Positions 21,827 through 30,432 of a stretch of DNA of 64,000 nt are shown piece after piece; positions within the stretch are counted from its first letter, which is position 1, and the number at the start of each line of letters is the position of its first letter. The position numbers and the translations under genes are program-made. The notes under the pieces were generated by a model. That model was given only the letters and a program-made list of their open reading frames with translations. It was not told the origin of the DNA and searched no databases. The stretch comes from Steroidobacter sp. (GTDB taxonomy: Bacteria > Pseudomonadota > Gammaproteobacteria > Steroidobacterales > Steroidobacteraceae): the NCBI RefSeq assembly GCF_036402275.1, contig NZ_DASWTF010000027.1, positions 86,183 to 150,182 on the forward strand, written 5' to 3'.

Positions 21827-21936
21827 GGTGTGGGGCTCAGGCGTGTGATGCGAGAAAAGGGCTATTTTCCTAGCTCCGGAAACGACTGTGCCCGCTTTCG
21901 CGGGCACAGTCTTCATCATCATCTACTCAGAAGAAC

Positions 21937-22005
21937 TTACTTCTTCTTGGCAGCCTTCTTCTTGCCGCCTTTCTTCTTCGCAGACTTCTTTGCTTTCGTT
22001 GCCAT
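21937..22005 (-). CDS. Small Lys-rich basic peptide MATKAKKSAKKKGGKKKAAKKK (22 aa), not in ORF track
   Basis: ATG at 22005, TAA at 21937-21939, GGAG ribosome-binding site 10 nt upstream, Lys codons mostly AAG. Confidence 0.65.
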   Translation of the reverse strand: MATKAKKSAKKKGGKKKAAKKK

Positions 22006-22136
22006 GATACTAGATCTCCATGTCGAGTTAGTCCGGGCGCAGTATATACATAAATTAAAAATGGCAAGCAAGAGGTGCGTGCGATTTTGTTGTGCCGGTT
22101 CTCATCGCGAGCCCTCGTCGATGAGCACTGCGACGC

Positions 22137-22598
22137 TCATTCGAGCGACTCGATGAAGCTCCATTCGCTCTTCGTCACCGGTGTGATCGACAGTCGATTG
22201 CCGCGTTTGAGCACGATCATGTCCTTGAGCTTGCCGGCGGCGTGCTTACGCAACTCCTCGAGCGGGATCACCCTGTCGAACTTTCTGACGAGCTTCACAT
22301 CGACCATGTACCAACGCGGCTCGTCGGGATCGCTGTCCGCATCGTAGTGATCGTGCTTCTTGTCGAACTGCGTGGGGTCGGGATAGGCCTCGCGTTGTAC
22401 GGCGGCAACGCCGGCGATTCCAGGGATATCGCAGCTGGAGTGATAGAAGAACACCAGATCGCCCTGCTTCATCTCGCGCAGATAGTTGCGCGCCTGGAAA
22501 TTACGCACGCCGTCCCAGCTCGTGGTGCTGTTCTTGGCGCGCGCGAGGTCATCGATGCCGAACGTCGAAGGTTCGGACTTCATCAACCAATAGTTCAT
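22137..22598 (-). CDS. EVE-domain protein
   Basis: MNYWLMKSEP, WDGVRNFQARNY, FFYHSSC, PRWYMVDV, RLSITPV. Confidence 0.95.
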   Translation of the reverse strand: MNYWLMKSEPSTFGIDDLARAKNSTTSWDGVRNFQARNYLREMKQGDLVFFYHSSCDIPGIAGVAAVQREAYPDPTQFDKKHDHYDADSDPDEPRWYMVDVKLVRKFDRVIPLEELRKHAAGKLKDMIVLKRGNRLSITPVTKSEWSFIESLE

Positions 22599-23225
22599 GA
22601 CGACTCCGTAAAAGACAGTGCGACGGTCGAGTGTCGCGCGAAGTATCGCAGGCCGCGTTCAGTCAGCAGTCCGTCGAGCGGCACGTCCCAGCGATCGGGT
22701 TGCAGACGAGCGATGCGCTGGCAGTCGTAGCTCACGCCGATGAGCTTGGGTCGACGCCAGCGGCGTCCTTCGCGCAGGTGATGCAGGCTGCGATCGTAGA
22801 AACCGGCGCCGCTGCCGAGTCGCCAGCCGCGCTCGTCCACCGCCACCAACGGCAGCAACACCAGATCGAGACGGCGAACGGGGCTGACGTCGGCATGACG
22901 AGGATCAGGTTCGGCGATGCCGTACCGGTTTACGCGCATGACGCTATCGGCGCGATAGCGCACGAAGCGCATACGGCTGTGACGAAAGCTGGTGATGACG
23001 GGTAGGTAGAGCCGGCAGCGACGCCGAGCTGCGACCTCGATCACATCCCGCAGGTCGGCTTCGTGACCATAGGCGAAGTACACCGCGACGCGTCGCCCTG
23101 CTTGCAGCAGCGGAGTGCGGCCGAGGATGCGAGCGAATTGCCGATGAGCATCGGCGCGTGCAGTGGCGGAGAGCTGGCGGCGTTGCTGCCGCATCTGACG
23201 CCGCAGCTGCTGGCGATCCAGCAAC
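22595..23225 (-). CDS. ygfA: 5-formyltetrahydrofolate cyclo-ligase
   Basis: DLVLLPLVAVD..GWRLGSGAGFYDR, QPDRWDVPLD; start uncertain (TTG 23225 or ATG 23194; ATG 23266 lies inside the 6S RNA). Confidence 0.9.
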
Positions 23226-23242
23226 TGCGAGGAAGGAGAGGA

Positions 23243-23432
23243 GGCGCTACCCGCCTGTGCCGTCATGAGCCATTGCTCTCGACACGGAGCAATAGGTGGG
23301 ACGCAGCCGTAGCAGCTAAGGCTTTCCGTTCGAGACGGACTTGCACACCGCTGCTACTGAACCGAATCCCTGGGGTATTAACGTTAGGGTCGAGAGGTAA
23401 CCCGACACATGTCGAACACCGCAGGCAGCGCC
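23243..23432 (-). ncRNA. ssrS: 6S RNA
   Basis: Between zapA and ygfA, the canonical position; ends pair (GGCGCTGCCTG with CAGGCGGGTAGCGCC); contains GAAAGCCTTAG resembling the E. coli 6S GAAGCCTTAA; about 190 nt, boundaries approximate. Confidence 0.85.
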
Positions 23433-23535
23433 ATAACAAAACCAATTCTGAGTCTGCGTCGGTAACGCGCATCCGCAGTCCCAAGTTCACCCGATCTCTG
23501 GGTGAATTTCCCAGCTTCAATGCCCTGATGCAATC

Positions 23536-23847
23536 TCAGAGAGGCAATTGCTGGCCTCGGCTCAACGCCGATTCCACGCGCTCGCGCATCTGGCGTACGC
23601 GCTCGCTGACTTCGCTCTCGATGGCGTCGTTCCGATTGCGCTTCAACAGCTCGTGCGCCAGGTTGAGCGCCGCCATCACCGCGATCCGGTCCAGACCGAC
23701 GATATTGCCGGCGTCGCGGATGTCGCGCATCTTGCCGTTGAGAAATTCCGCCGAGTCGAGCAGCTCCGAGCGCTCTTCGGGCAGACAGGCGACCTGGTAC
23801 TCCTTTTCCAGGATGCGCACACTGACACGGACCAAGCGGTCGCTCAT
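23536..23847 (-). CDS. zapA: Cell division protein ZapA
   Basis: VRILEKEYQVACLPEE, DRIAVMAALNLAHELL. Confidence 0.95.
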   Translation of the reverse strand: MSDRLVRVSVRILEKEYQVACLPEERSELLDSAEFLNGKMRDIRDAGNIVGLDRIAVMAALNLAHELLKRNRNDAIESEVSERVRQMRERVESALSRGQQLPL

Positions 23848-24077
23848 GCGTTGTGCTCCATCGCCTTCAAACGGCCGATCATCGCTTCGACGCGCGCGCG
23901 GACCTGCTCATTCTTCTGCAGCAGGGTGGCGCGTTCCGTCATCATCGAATCCTGTCGCTGACGCAAGGCGCGGTTTTCTTCCTGAAGCTGCGTCGCCAGC
24001 GCCACCAGCTCTTCCACGCGTCGTTCGAGCTGCTTCAGCTCCTGATCGACACTCGCTCTGGAGGGGGTGGGATTCAT
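23844..24077 (-). CDS. TIGR02449-like coiled-coil protein (ZapB-like)
   Basis: LE.RVEELV...QLQEENRALR...ERATLLQKNEQVRARVEAMIGRLKAME; overlaps zapA start. Confidence 0.85.
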   Translation of the reverse strand: MNPTPSRASVDQELKQLERRVEELVALATQLQEENRALRQRQDSMMTERATLLQKNEQVRARVEAMIGRLKAMEHNA

Positions 24078-24272
24078 GCGGGCGATTATGCGTCCGCACC
24101 CCCACCTGGTCAAACCACCAAGTCGCGAATGAGAGTACCGCCCCGGGTACATGGATGTACCCCGCCGCCGCAGGCGGCGGCGAGCGACAAAAGTCACGCC
24201 TTTTGTCGTCTCGCACGAGGGTCGTGGCAGGATGCCCGATCCCGAGTTTTAAGCAGTGCTAAGATATTGGCG

Positions 24273-24890
24273 ATGCTGCAAGTCACATTCGCAGAAGTCG
24301 TGCGTGTCCTGGAAGGGCTCGGATCGTCGGTGCCGGCGGCGGAAGCCCACGGTTGTCTGGTCGGCGCGCTGTGCACCTCGCCCCATTATTCGATGGACCG
24401 CTGGCTGGAAGAAATCATTCCCGACGAAGATCGTCGCAACGACGACGACAGCCAGCAGGCGCTGCGTCTGTTGTATGCCGACACGCTCAACTCGTTGCGC
24501 GGCGAAGACATGGAATTCGAGGTGCTGCTGCCGGACGACGATATTTCGCTGGCCACGCGCGCCGGCGGTCTGTCGCAGTGGTGCCAGGGCTTTTTGTATG
24601 GCTTCGGCACCGGCCAGCCGCCCAAGGAGCAGGAGCTGCCCGGCAACGTGAACGAAATTCTCAACGACCTGACCCACATCGGCCGCGCCAGCGTCGAGCT
24701 CGAAGGCGACGGTAACGAGAGCGAAGAAGAAGCCTATGCCGAAGTGGTCGAATACGTGCGCGTGGGCGTGCAGCTCATTCACGACGAGCTGATCCCGGCT
24801 GCTGCCCACCGCATCGAGACGGGAGAGGAATCCGCTTCCGCCGCCGATCTCGACGACGACCAGGATCTCGATCCCACTACCCTGCATTGA
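24273..24890 (+). CDS. ygfB: UPF0149 protein (YgfB/YecA family)
   Basis: AEAHGCLVGALC, WCQGFLYGFG, EEAYAEVVEYVRVG; upstream of pepP. Confidence 0.9.
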   Translation: MLQVTFAEVVRVLEGLGSSVPAAEAHGCLVGALCTSPHYSMDRWLEEIIPDEDRRNDDDSQQALRLLYADTLNSLRGEDMEFEVLLPDDDISLATRAGGLSQWCQGFLYGFGTGQPPKEQELPGNVNEILNDLTHIGRASVELEGDGNESEEEAYAEVVEYVRVGVQLIHDELIPAAAHRIETGEESASAADLDDDQDLDPTTLH

Positions 24891-26218
24891 TACTCGAGCG
24901 ATCAGCGTCACCAATGCGCAAAGACGAATTTGCCCGCCGGCGCCGGCAACTCATGAAAATGATGGGCCGCGGCGCCATCGCCATCCTGCCCGCCGTTCCG
25001 GAAAAGACGCGCAACAGCGACGTCAGCTATCACTATCGGCCCGATAGCGATTTTTTCTATCTCACCGGCTTCGCCGAGCCTGAATCGGTCGCCGTGCTGA
25101 TACCGGGACGCGCCGCCGCCGAGTATGTGCTGTTCACGCGCGAGCGCGATCCGGCGCGCGAAACTTGGGATGGCCATCGCGCCGGGCCGGAAGGCGCGGT
25201 ACGCGATTACGGCGCCGACGATGCGTTTCCTATCAACGACATCGACGACATCCTTCCGGGACTGATGGAACACTGCTCACGCGTGTATTACACGATGGGC
25301 TTGCATCAGGAATTCGATCAGCGCGTGATCGGCTGGGTCAACTCGCTCAAGACTCAGGCGCGCACCGGTATTCATCCGCCGCAGGAGTTCGTCGCGCTCG
25401 ATCATCTCCTGCACGACATGCGGCTGTTCAAAACGCGTCCGGAGCTCGAAGCGATGCGCGAGTCGGCGCGGATCGCGGTGTCGGCTCACAAGCGAGCCAT
25501 GCAGTTCACCAAGCCGGGCCGCAAGGAATACCAGGTGATGGCCGAGCTGCTGCACGAGTTCCGCATGAACGATGCAGATATCTCCTACCACCCCATCGTC
25601 GGTAGCGGCCCCAACACCTGCATCCTGCACTATCACGAGAACTCCGAAGAGCTGCGCGACGGCGATCTGCTGCTGATCGACGCCGGTTGCGAATATGAGT
25701 TGTACGCATCGGACATCACCCGCACTTTCCCGGTCGGCGGCCGTTTCTCCCCCGAGCAGCGCGCCGTGTATGAGGTCGTATTGGAGGCTCAGCATGCGGC
25801 CATCGAAAAGACCAAGCCGGGCAATCACTGGAACGATCCTCACGAAGCGGCCGTGAAGGTGATCACCCAGGGCCTGGTCAAGCTCGGCCTGCTCAAGGGC
25901 AAGGTCGCCAATCTGATCAAGGATGGAGAATATCGTCGCTTCTACATGCACCGGACCGGCCACTGGCTGGGCATGGATGTGCACGATGTCGGCGACTACA
26001 AGATCGGCGACCAATGGCGCGTGCTCGAGCCGGGCATGGCCATGACGGTGGAGCCCGGTATATATATTCCCGCGGGCAGCAAGGGCGTGCCCAAGCGCTG
26101 GTGGAACATCGGCGTGCGCATCGAAGACGACGTGGTCGTCACCAAGGACGGCAACGAAGTGCTCACCGCGGCGCTGGTGAAGGATGCCGACGGCATCGAA
26201 AAACTGATGAACTCATGA
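24887..26218 (+). CDS. pepP: Xaa-Pro aminopeptidase
   Basis: YRPDSDFFYLTGFAEP, LLIDAGCE..YASDITRTFP, HRTGHWLGMDVHDVG, TVEPGIY, GVRIEDD; start may be 24914. Confidence 0.96.
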   Translation: MILERSASPMRKDEFARRRRQLMKMMGRGAIAILPAVPEKTRNSDVSYHYRPDSDFFYLTGFAEPESVAVLIPGRAAAEYVLFTRERDPARETWDGHRAGPEGAVRDYGADDAFPINDIDDILPGLMEHCSRVYYTMGLHQEFDQRVIGWVNSLKTQARTGIHPPQEFVALDHLLHDMRLFKTRPELEAMRESARIAVSAHKRAMQFTKPGRKEYQVMAELLHEFRMNDADISYHPIVGSGPNTCILHYHENSEELRDGDLLLIDAGCEYELYASDITRTFPVGGRFSPEQRAVYEVVLEAQHAAIEKTKPGNHWNDPHEAAVKVITQGLVKLGLLKGKVANLIKDGEYRRFYMHRTGHWLGMDVHDVGDYKIGDQWRVLEPGMAMTVEPGIYIPAGSKGVPKRWWNIGVRIEDDVVVTKDGNEVLTAALVKDADGIEKLMNS

Positions 26219-27483
26219 GCGATCCGGACCCCACTTCGAGCGCGGAACCTCTCGTAGTCGATGTCGCTATCGCGGGTGGCGGACTGGTGGGCGCGAGCCT
26301 GGCGCTGGCGCTCGCTCAACTGCGCCTGCGGATTGCATTGATCGAAGCGGCTCCCTTCGGCGCCGCCGACCAGCCGAGTTTCGACGATCGGAGCACGGCG
26401 CTGTCGAATGGCAGCCGGCGCGTTTTCGAAGGTCTGGGCGTGTGGCCGCTGATCGAGCGCGAGGCCACCGCGATCCGCCGCATTCACGTCTCCGATCAAG
26501 GCCGCTTCGGCTTTACTCGCATCGACGCCAAGGAGCAGGGGCTGAACGAGCTCGGCTTCGTGGTCGTCAATCGAGCGATGGGCGCGGCTCTGTGGCGAAG
26601 ACTGAGCGCCGAGCCGTCAATCGCCGTGATTGCACCCGCCAAGGTGCAATCGATGCAATTACAACAGCATGAGCAGCGCGTGGAATGCGTCCTCGGCGAC
26701 GGTACGACGCGCGTCGTGCAGGCGAAGCTTGCGGTCGCGGCCGACGGTGCTCGTTCCACCTTGCGGCAATCGGCGGGCATCGGCGCGAGCACGTGGGATT
26801 ACGAGCAGGTCGCGCTGGTCAGCAACGTCCTCTCGCAACACTTTCACAATCACGTTGCTTATGAGCGGTTCACGCCGTCGGGCCCGTTGGCGCTGCTGCC
26901 GCTGACGGAAGGTCGGATGGGCCTGATCTGGACCTTTCGCCCTGACACCGCCAAAGAAATGACGGATCTGAGCGATGCCGACTTCCTGGCGCGTCTGCAA
27001 AGCGAGTTCGGCTTCCGCCTCGGACGTTTCACTCGCGTGGGCAGCCGGCAGTTGTATCCGCTGTCGTTGACGCGTTCGGACGAATATGTGGCCGAGCGTC
27101 TGGCGATCGTCGGCAACGCTGCTCAGACGTTGCATCCGATCGCCGGGCAGGGATTCAATCTCGGTCTGCGCGATGCTGTGAGCCTCGCGGAAGTGCTTGC
27201 GGACGGTCGCGCTTCAGGTGGTGCGGACTTTGATGCCGGCGACGGCATGTGGCTGCAGCGGTATCGCGAATGGCGGGCCGCCGATAGAAGCAACATCGTT
27301 CGCTTCACCGACGGGCTGGTGCGGGTGTTCTCGCAACGGCTCGGTCCCATCAAGCTGCTACGTGATGTGGGCATGTTGGCGTTCGATCTCATGCCGGGGG
27401 CCAAGGACGCGTTGGCGCAGTTGTCGTTAGGCGCGGCAGGTCGAGTGCCACGCCTGGCTCGCGGTGCGTCGTTAATCACATGA
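26215..27483 (+). CDS. ubiH: 2-octaprenyl-6-methoxyphenol hydroxylase
   Basis: IAGGGLVG, FDDRSTALS, AYERFTPSGPLALLP, GNAAQTLHPIAGQGFNLGLRD; follows pepP. Confidence 0.9.
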   Translation: MSDPDPTSSAEPLVVDVAIAGGGLVGASLALALAQLRLRIALIEAAPFGAADQPSFDDRSTALSNGSRRVFEGLGVWPLIEREATAIRRIHVSDQGRFGFTRIDAKEQGLNELGFVVVNRAMGAALWRRLSAEPSIAVIAPAKVQSMQLQQHEQRVECVLGDGTTRVVQAKLAVAADGARSTLRQSAGIGASTWDYEQVALVSNVLSQHFHNHVAYERFTPSGPLALLPLTEGRMGLIWTFRPDTAKEMTDLSDADFLARLQSEFGFRLGRFTRVGSRQLYPLSLTRSDEYVAERLAIVGNAAQTLHPIAGQGFNLGLRDAVSLAEVLADGRASGGADFDAGDGMWLQRYREWRAADRSNIVRFTDGLVRVFSQRLGPIKLLRDVGMLAFDLMPGAKDALAQLSLGAAGRVPRLARGASLIT

Positions 27484-28730
27484 AGACAGGCTTTCACATC
27501 CTGGTCATCGGTGGCGGCATGGTCGGCGCCTGTTTCGCCGCCCTGGCCGCCAGCAATCGTCACTTCGCCGATCTGCGCATCGCCGTGCTCGAAGCGCAGC
27601 CGCCGACGATGCCGCCGCCCGAGTCGGGCGACGAAGTCGACTTGCGTGTGTCCGCGATCTCGCGCGCCTCCGAGCGCGTGTTGAGAGAGATCGGCGCCTG
27701 GCAACTGCTGCCGGGTCGGCATGTCAGTGCGTATGACGACATGATCGTGTGGGACGCCGAAGGCAAACCTCGCGGCTCCGGCTCCATTCATTTTTCGGCC
27801 AGCGAGTCGGGCGAGCCCAACCTGGGATATATCGTCGAGAACCGTCGGGTGCTCTGGTCGATCTACGACAGCCCCGCTTTTCGCAATCGTGTGACGCTGT
27901 TGCGAGGTGAGTTGGCCGGGCTCGAATTCGAAGACGATCACGCCACGGCGGTGCTGAGCGACGGCCGCCGCATCGAGGCGGCGTTGATCGTTGGATCGGA
28001 TGGATCGAGCTCCTTGAGCCGCAAGCTCGCCGGCATCGAGACCACCGGTTGGGATTACGAGCAGCGCGCCTTCGTCACTCACGTTCGCACCCAGCACCCC
28101 CATGAGCGGACCGCGTGGCAGAGATTCCTTCCCGATGGGCCGATCGCCTATCTGCCGCTCGCGGACGGACGCAGCTCCATCGTTTGGACGACCACGCCGG
28201 AGCATGCCGAGCGTCTCGTCGCCGATGCCCCCGAGCAGGTTGCGAAGGAATTGACGCTCGCCCTCGACTGCACGTTGGGTTTGGTCGAGCTGGCCGGGCC
28301 CCGCGGGCAGTTTCCATTACGGCTGACGCACGCCAAAGATTATTGCCGCGAGCGTTTCGTCCTGGTGGGCGATGCTGCTCACGCCATCCATCCGTTGGCA
28401 GGGCAGGGAGTGAATCTCGGATTCCTGGACAGCGCGGCGTTGGTGGAAGTGCTGGCCGAGGAGTTGGATGCTGGTTTGTCACCCACGGCGCTGGGCGAAC
28501 GGCGTGTCCTGCGTCGCTATGAGCGTTGGCGCAAGAGTGAGAATGCCGTGGCGTTGGGACTGGTCGATGGCTTGAACAAGCTGTTCGGCAGCCGCGCCAT
28601 TACACTCGGCTGGGCGCGCCGGACCGGACTGAACATCATGGACGGCAGTATGCTCGCCAAGCGTTTCCTGATGGGACGCGCACTGGGGATCGGCGGCGAC
28701 GCCCCATCGTTAGTGCGAACACATCGCTGA
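27480..28730 (+). CDS. ubiI: UbiI/VisC-like FAD-dependent ubiquinone hydroxylase
   Basis: GGGMVG, DLRVSAIS, AWQRFLPDGPIAYLPL, GDAAHAIHPLAGQGVNLG; second hydroxylase after ubiH. Confidence 0.75.
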   Translation: MKTGFHILVIGGGMVGACFAALAASNRHFADLRIAVLEAQPPTMPPPESGDEVDLRVSAISRASERVLREIGAWQLLPGRHVSAYDDMIVWDAEGKPRGSGSIHFSASESGEPNLGYIVENRRVLWSIYDSPAFRNRVTLLRGELAGLEFEDDHATAVLSDGRRIEAALIVGSDGSSSLSRKLAGIETTGWDYEQRAFVTHVRTQHPHERTAWQRFLPDGPIAYLPLADGRSSIVWTTTPEHAERLVADAPEQVAKELTLALDCTLGLVELAGPRGQFPLRLTHAKDYCRERFVLVGDAAHAIHPLAGQGVNLGFLDSAALVEVLAEELDAGLSPTALGERRVLRRYERWRKSENAVALGLVDGLNKLFGSRAITLGWARRTGLNIMDGSMLAKRFLMGRALGIGGDAPSLVRTHR

Positions 28731-28770
28731 GCTGTCGGACACATCATCGTAAAGGCAGGGTGGCTCGGGG

Positions 28771-30432
28771 ATGCACAGCACACTCTTCATCCAAGCCCCG
28801 CCGGTGCTGGGCAACCAGTATGGCGACGATCCCTTTTTGCGCAGCTATTTGCAGCGGCGCCTGCCGGCCGAGGTCCTGGCCGAGATCGAACCCTCGCTCG
28901 CCGAGCTCGGAGCGCTGGCAGGCGGCGAGTTATATCGACTGCAACTCGAGGACCGGCTCAACGAGCCCACGCTGACGCAATGGGATGCGTGGGGCAATCG
29001 CGTCGATCGCATTGAAGTGTCACCGCTATGGCGTCGCGCGGCGGAGATCGCGGCGAGCCAGGGTCTGATCGCCATTCCGTACGAGCGACGACACGGCCGC
29101 TACTCCCGAATCCATCAGTTCGCGGCGGTGTATTTGTTCCACCCGTCGTCGGATGTTTACACCTGCCCGTTGGCTATGACGGATGGCGCCGCGCGCACGC
29201 TGTCTGTTTCAGGGAATCAGCCGCTGATCGATCGTGCGGTCACTCGATTGACCAGTCGCGATCCCGCGCAGGCATGGACCAGCGGCCAATGGATGACCGA
29301 GTCCACCGGCGGCTCGGACGTGGGTGCGTCGCTCACGCGCGCTGTGCGTGACGAATCGGGGCAATGGCGGTTGTATGGCAAGAAGTGGTTCACGTCCGCC
29401 ATCACGTCACAAATGGCGCTGACTCTGGCGCGTCCGGACGGCAACGGACCCGGCGGCAGCGGACTGGCGATGTTCTACGTCGAGACCCACAATGCCGACG
29501 GCAGCTTGAACGGCATTCGCGTCGAGCGTCTGAAAGACAAGTTGGGCACTCGCAAGGTCCCGACCGCCGAGCTGACATTGGACGGTGCACGCGCCGAGCT
29601 GGTCGGTGACACCCGGCACGGCACTCGAAACATCGAGCCGATGCTGGTCGTGACGCGCGCCTGGAACAGCGTGACTTCGGTGAGCTTTATGCGCCGGGCA
29701 CTGATGCTGGCACGTTCGTACGCTGGTCAACGCAGCGCGTTCGGCGCCAAGCTCGAAGCGCTGCCGCTGCACGTGGACACCCTCGCAGGTCTGGAAGCGG
29801 AAACGCGCGGCGCTTTCCTGCTCGCGTTCGAGCTGGTCGAGCTCATGGGGCGCCAGGAGGCGGGAGACATCACCGATTCGCAGCGAGCCCTGCTGCGAGT
29901 CATTACGCCCATCGCCAAGCTGCTGACCGCCAAGCAGGCTGTCGCAGTTGTGAGCGAATGCATAGAAGCGTTCGGCGGCGCCGGTTATGTAGAAGATACC
30001 GGCCTGCCGGTCTTGTTACGTGACACTCAAGTGTTGCCGATCTGGGAAGGAACCACGAACGTGCTGGCATTGGATGCCCTGCTCCGCGGCGAGCTCGCCG
30101 TCGGATTGCCGGCATTGCGGACACGAATGGAGCAAGGTATTTCCGCTCATCATGGAGATGCGCGCCTGGGCGCTGCCGGTCAGCTGGCCCTGACTGCGGT
30201 CGAGCACGTCGGCCAGTGGCTGAGTCACAATGACGACCCGCGACGCCTGCAGGCGAATGCCCGCAGAATCGCCATGACCCTGGGACGCGCGTTGGAGCTG
30301 GCTTTGCTCGTCGAGCACGCCGGCGTCAGCAAGTCGGTGGCCGATGTGGCCGCGGCCTGCCGTTTTGCCGCCGCGCCCCTGGATTTGCTTGTCGATATCA
30401 ACAGCGAAGATTCGGCCCGCCTGATCGAATGA
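28771..30432 (+). CDS. AidB-like acyl-CoA dehydrogenase
   Basis: YTCPLAMTDGA, SGQWMTESTGGSDV, RLKDKLGTRKVPTAEL, EAFGGAGYVED, IWEGTTNV. Confidence 0.88.
   Translation: MHSTLFIQAPPVLGNQYGDDPFLRSYLQRRLPAEVLAEIEPSLAELGALAGGELYRLQLEDRLNEPTLTQWDAWGNRVDRIEVSPLWRRAAEIAASQGLIAIPYERRHGRYSRIHQFAAVYLFHPSSDVYTCPLAMTDGAARTLSVSGNQPLIDRAVTRLTSRDPAQAWTSGQWMTESTGGSDVGASLTRAVRDESGQWRLYGKKWFTSAITSQMALTLARPDGNGPGGSGLAMFYVETHNADGSLNGIRVERLKDKLGTRKVPTAELTLDGARAELVGDTRHGTRNIEPMLVVTRAWNSVTSVSFMRRALMLARSYAGQRSAFGAKLEALPLHVDTLAGLEAETRGAFLLAFELVELMGRQEAGDITDSQRALLRVITPIAKLLTAKQAVAVVSECIEAFGGAGYVEDTGLPVLLRDTQVLPIWEGTTNVLALDALLRGELAVGLPALRTRMEQGISAHHGDARLGAAGQLALTAVEHVGQWLSHNDDPRRLQANARRIAMTLGRALELALLVEHAGVSKSVADVAAACRFAAAPLDLLVDINSEDSARLIE

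Noticed and set aside
23263-23520. 85-aa ORF between zapA and ygfA
   Set aside because: It overlaps the 6S RNA and has no protein-like features.
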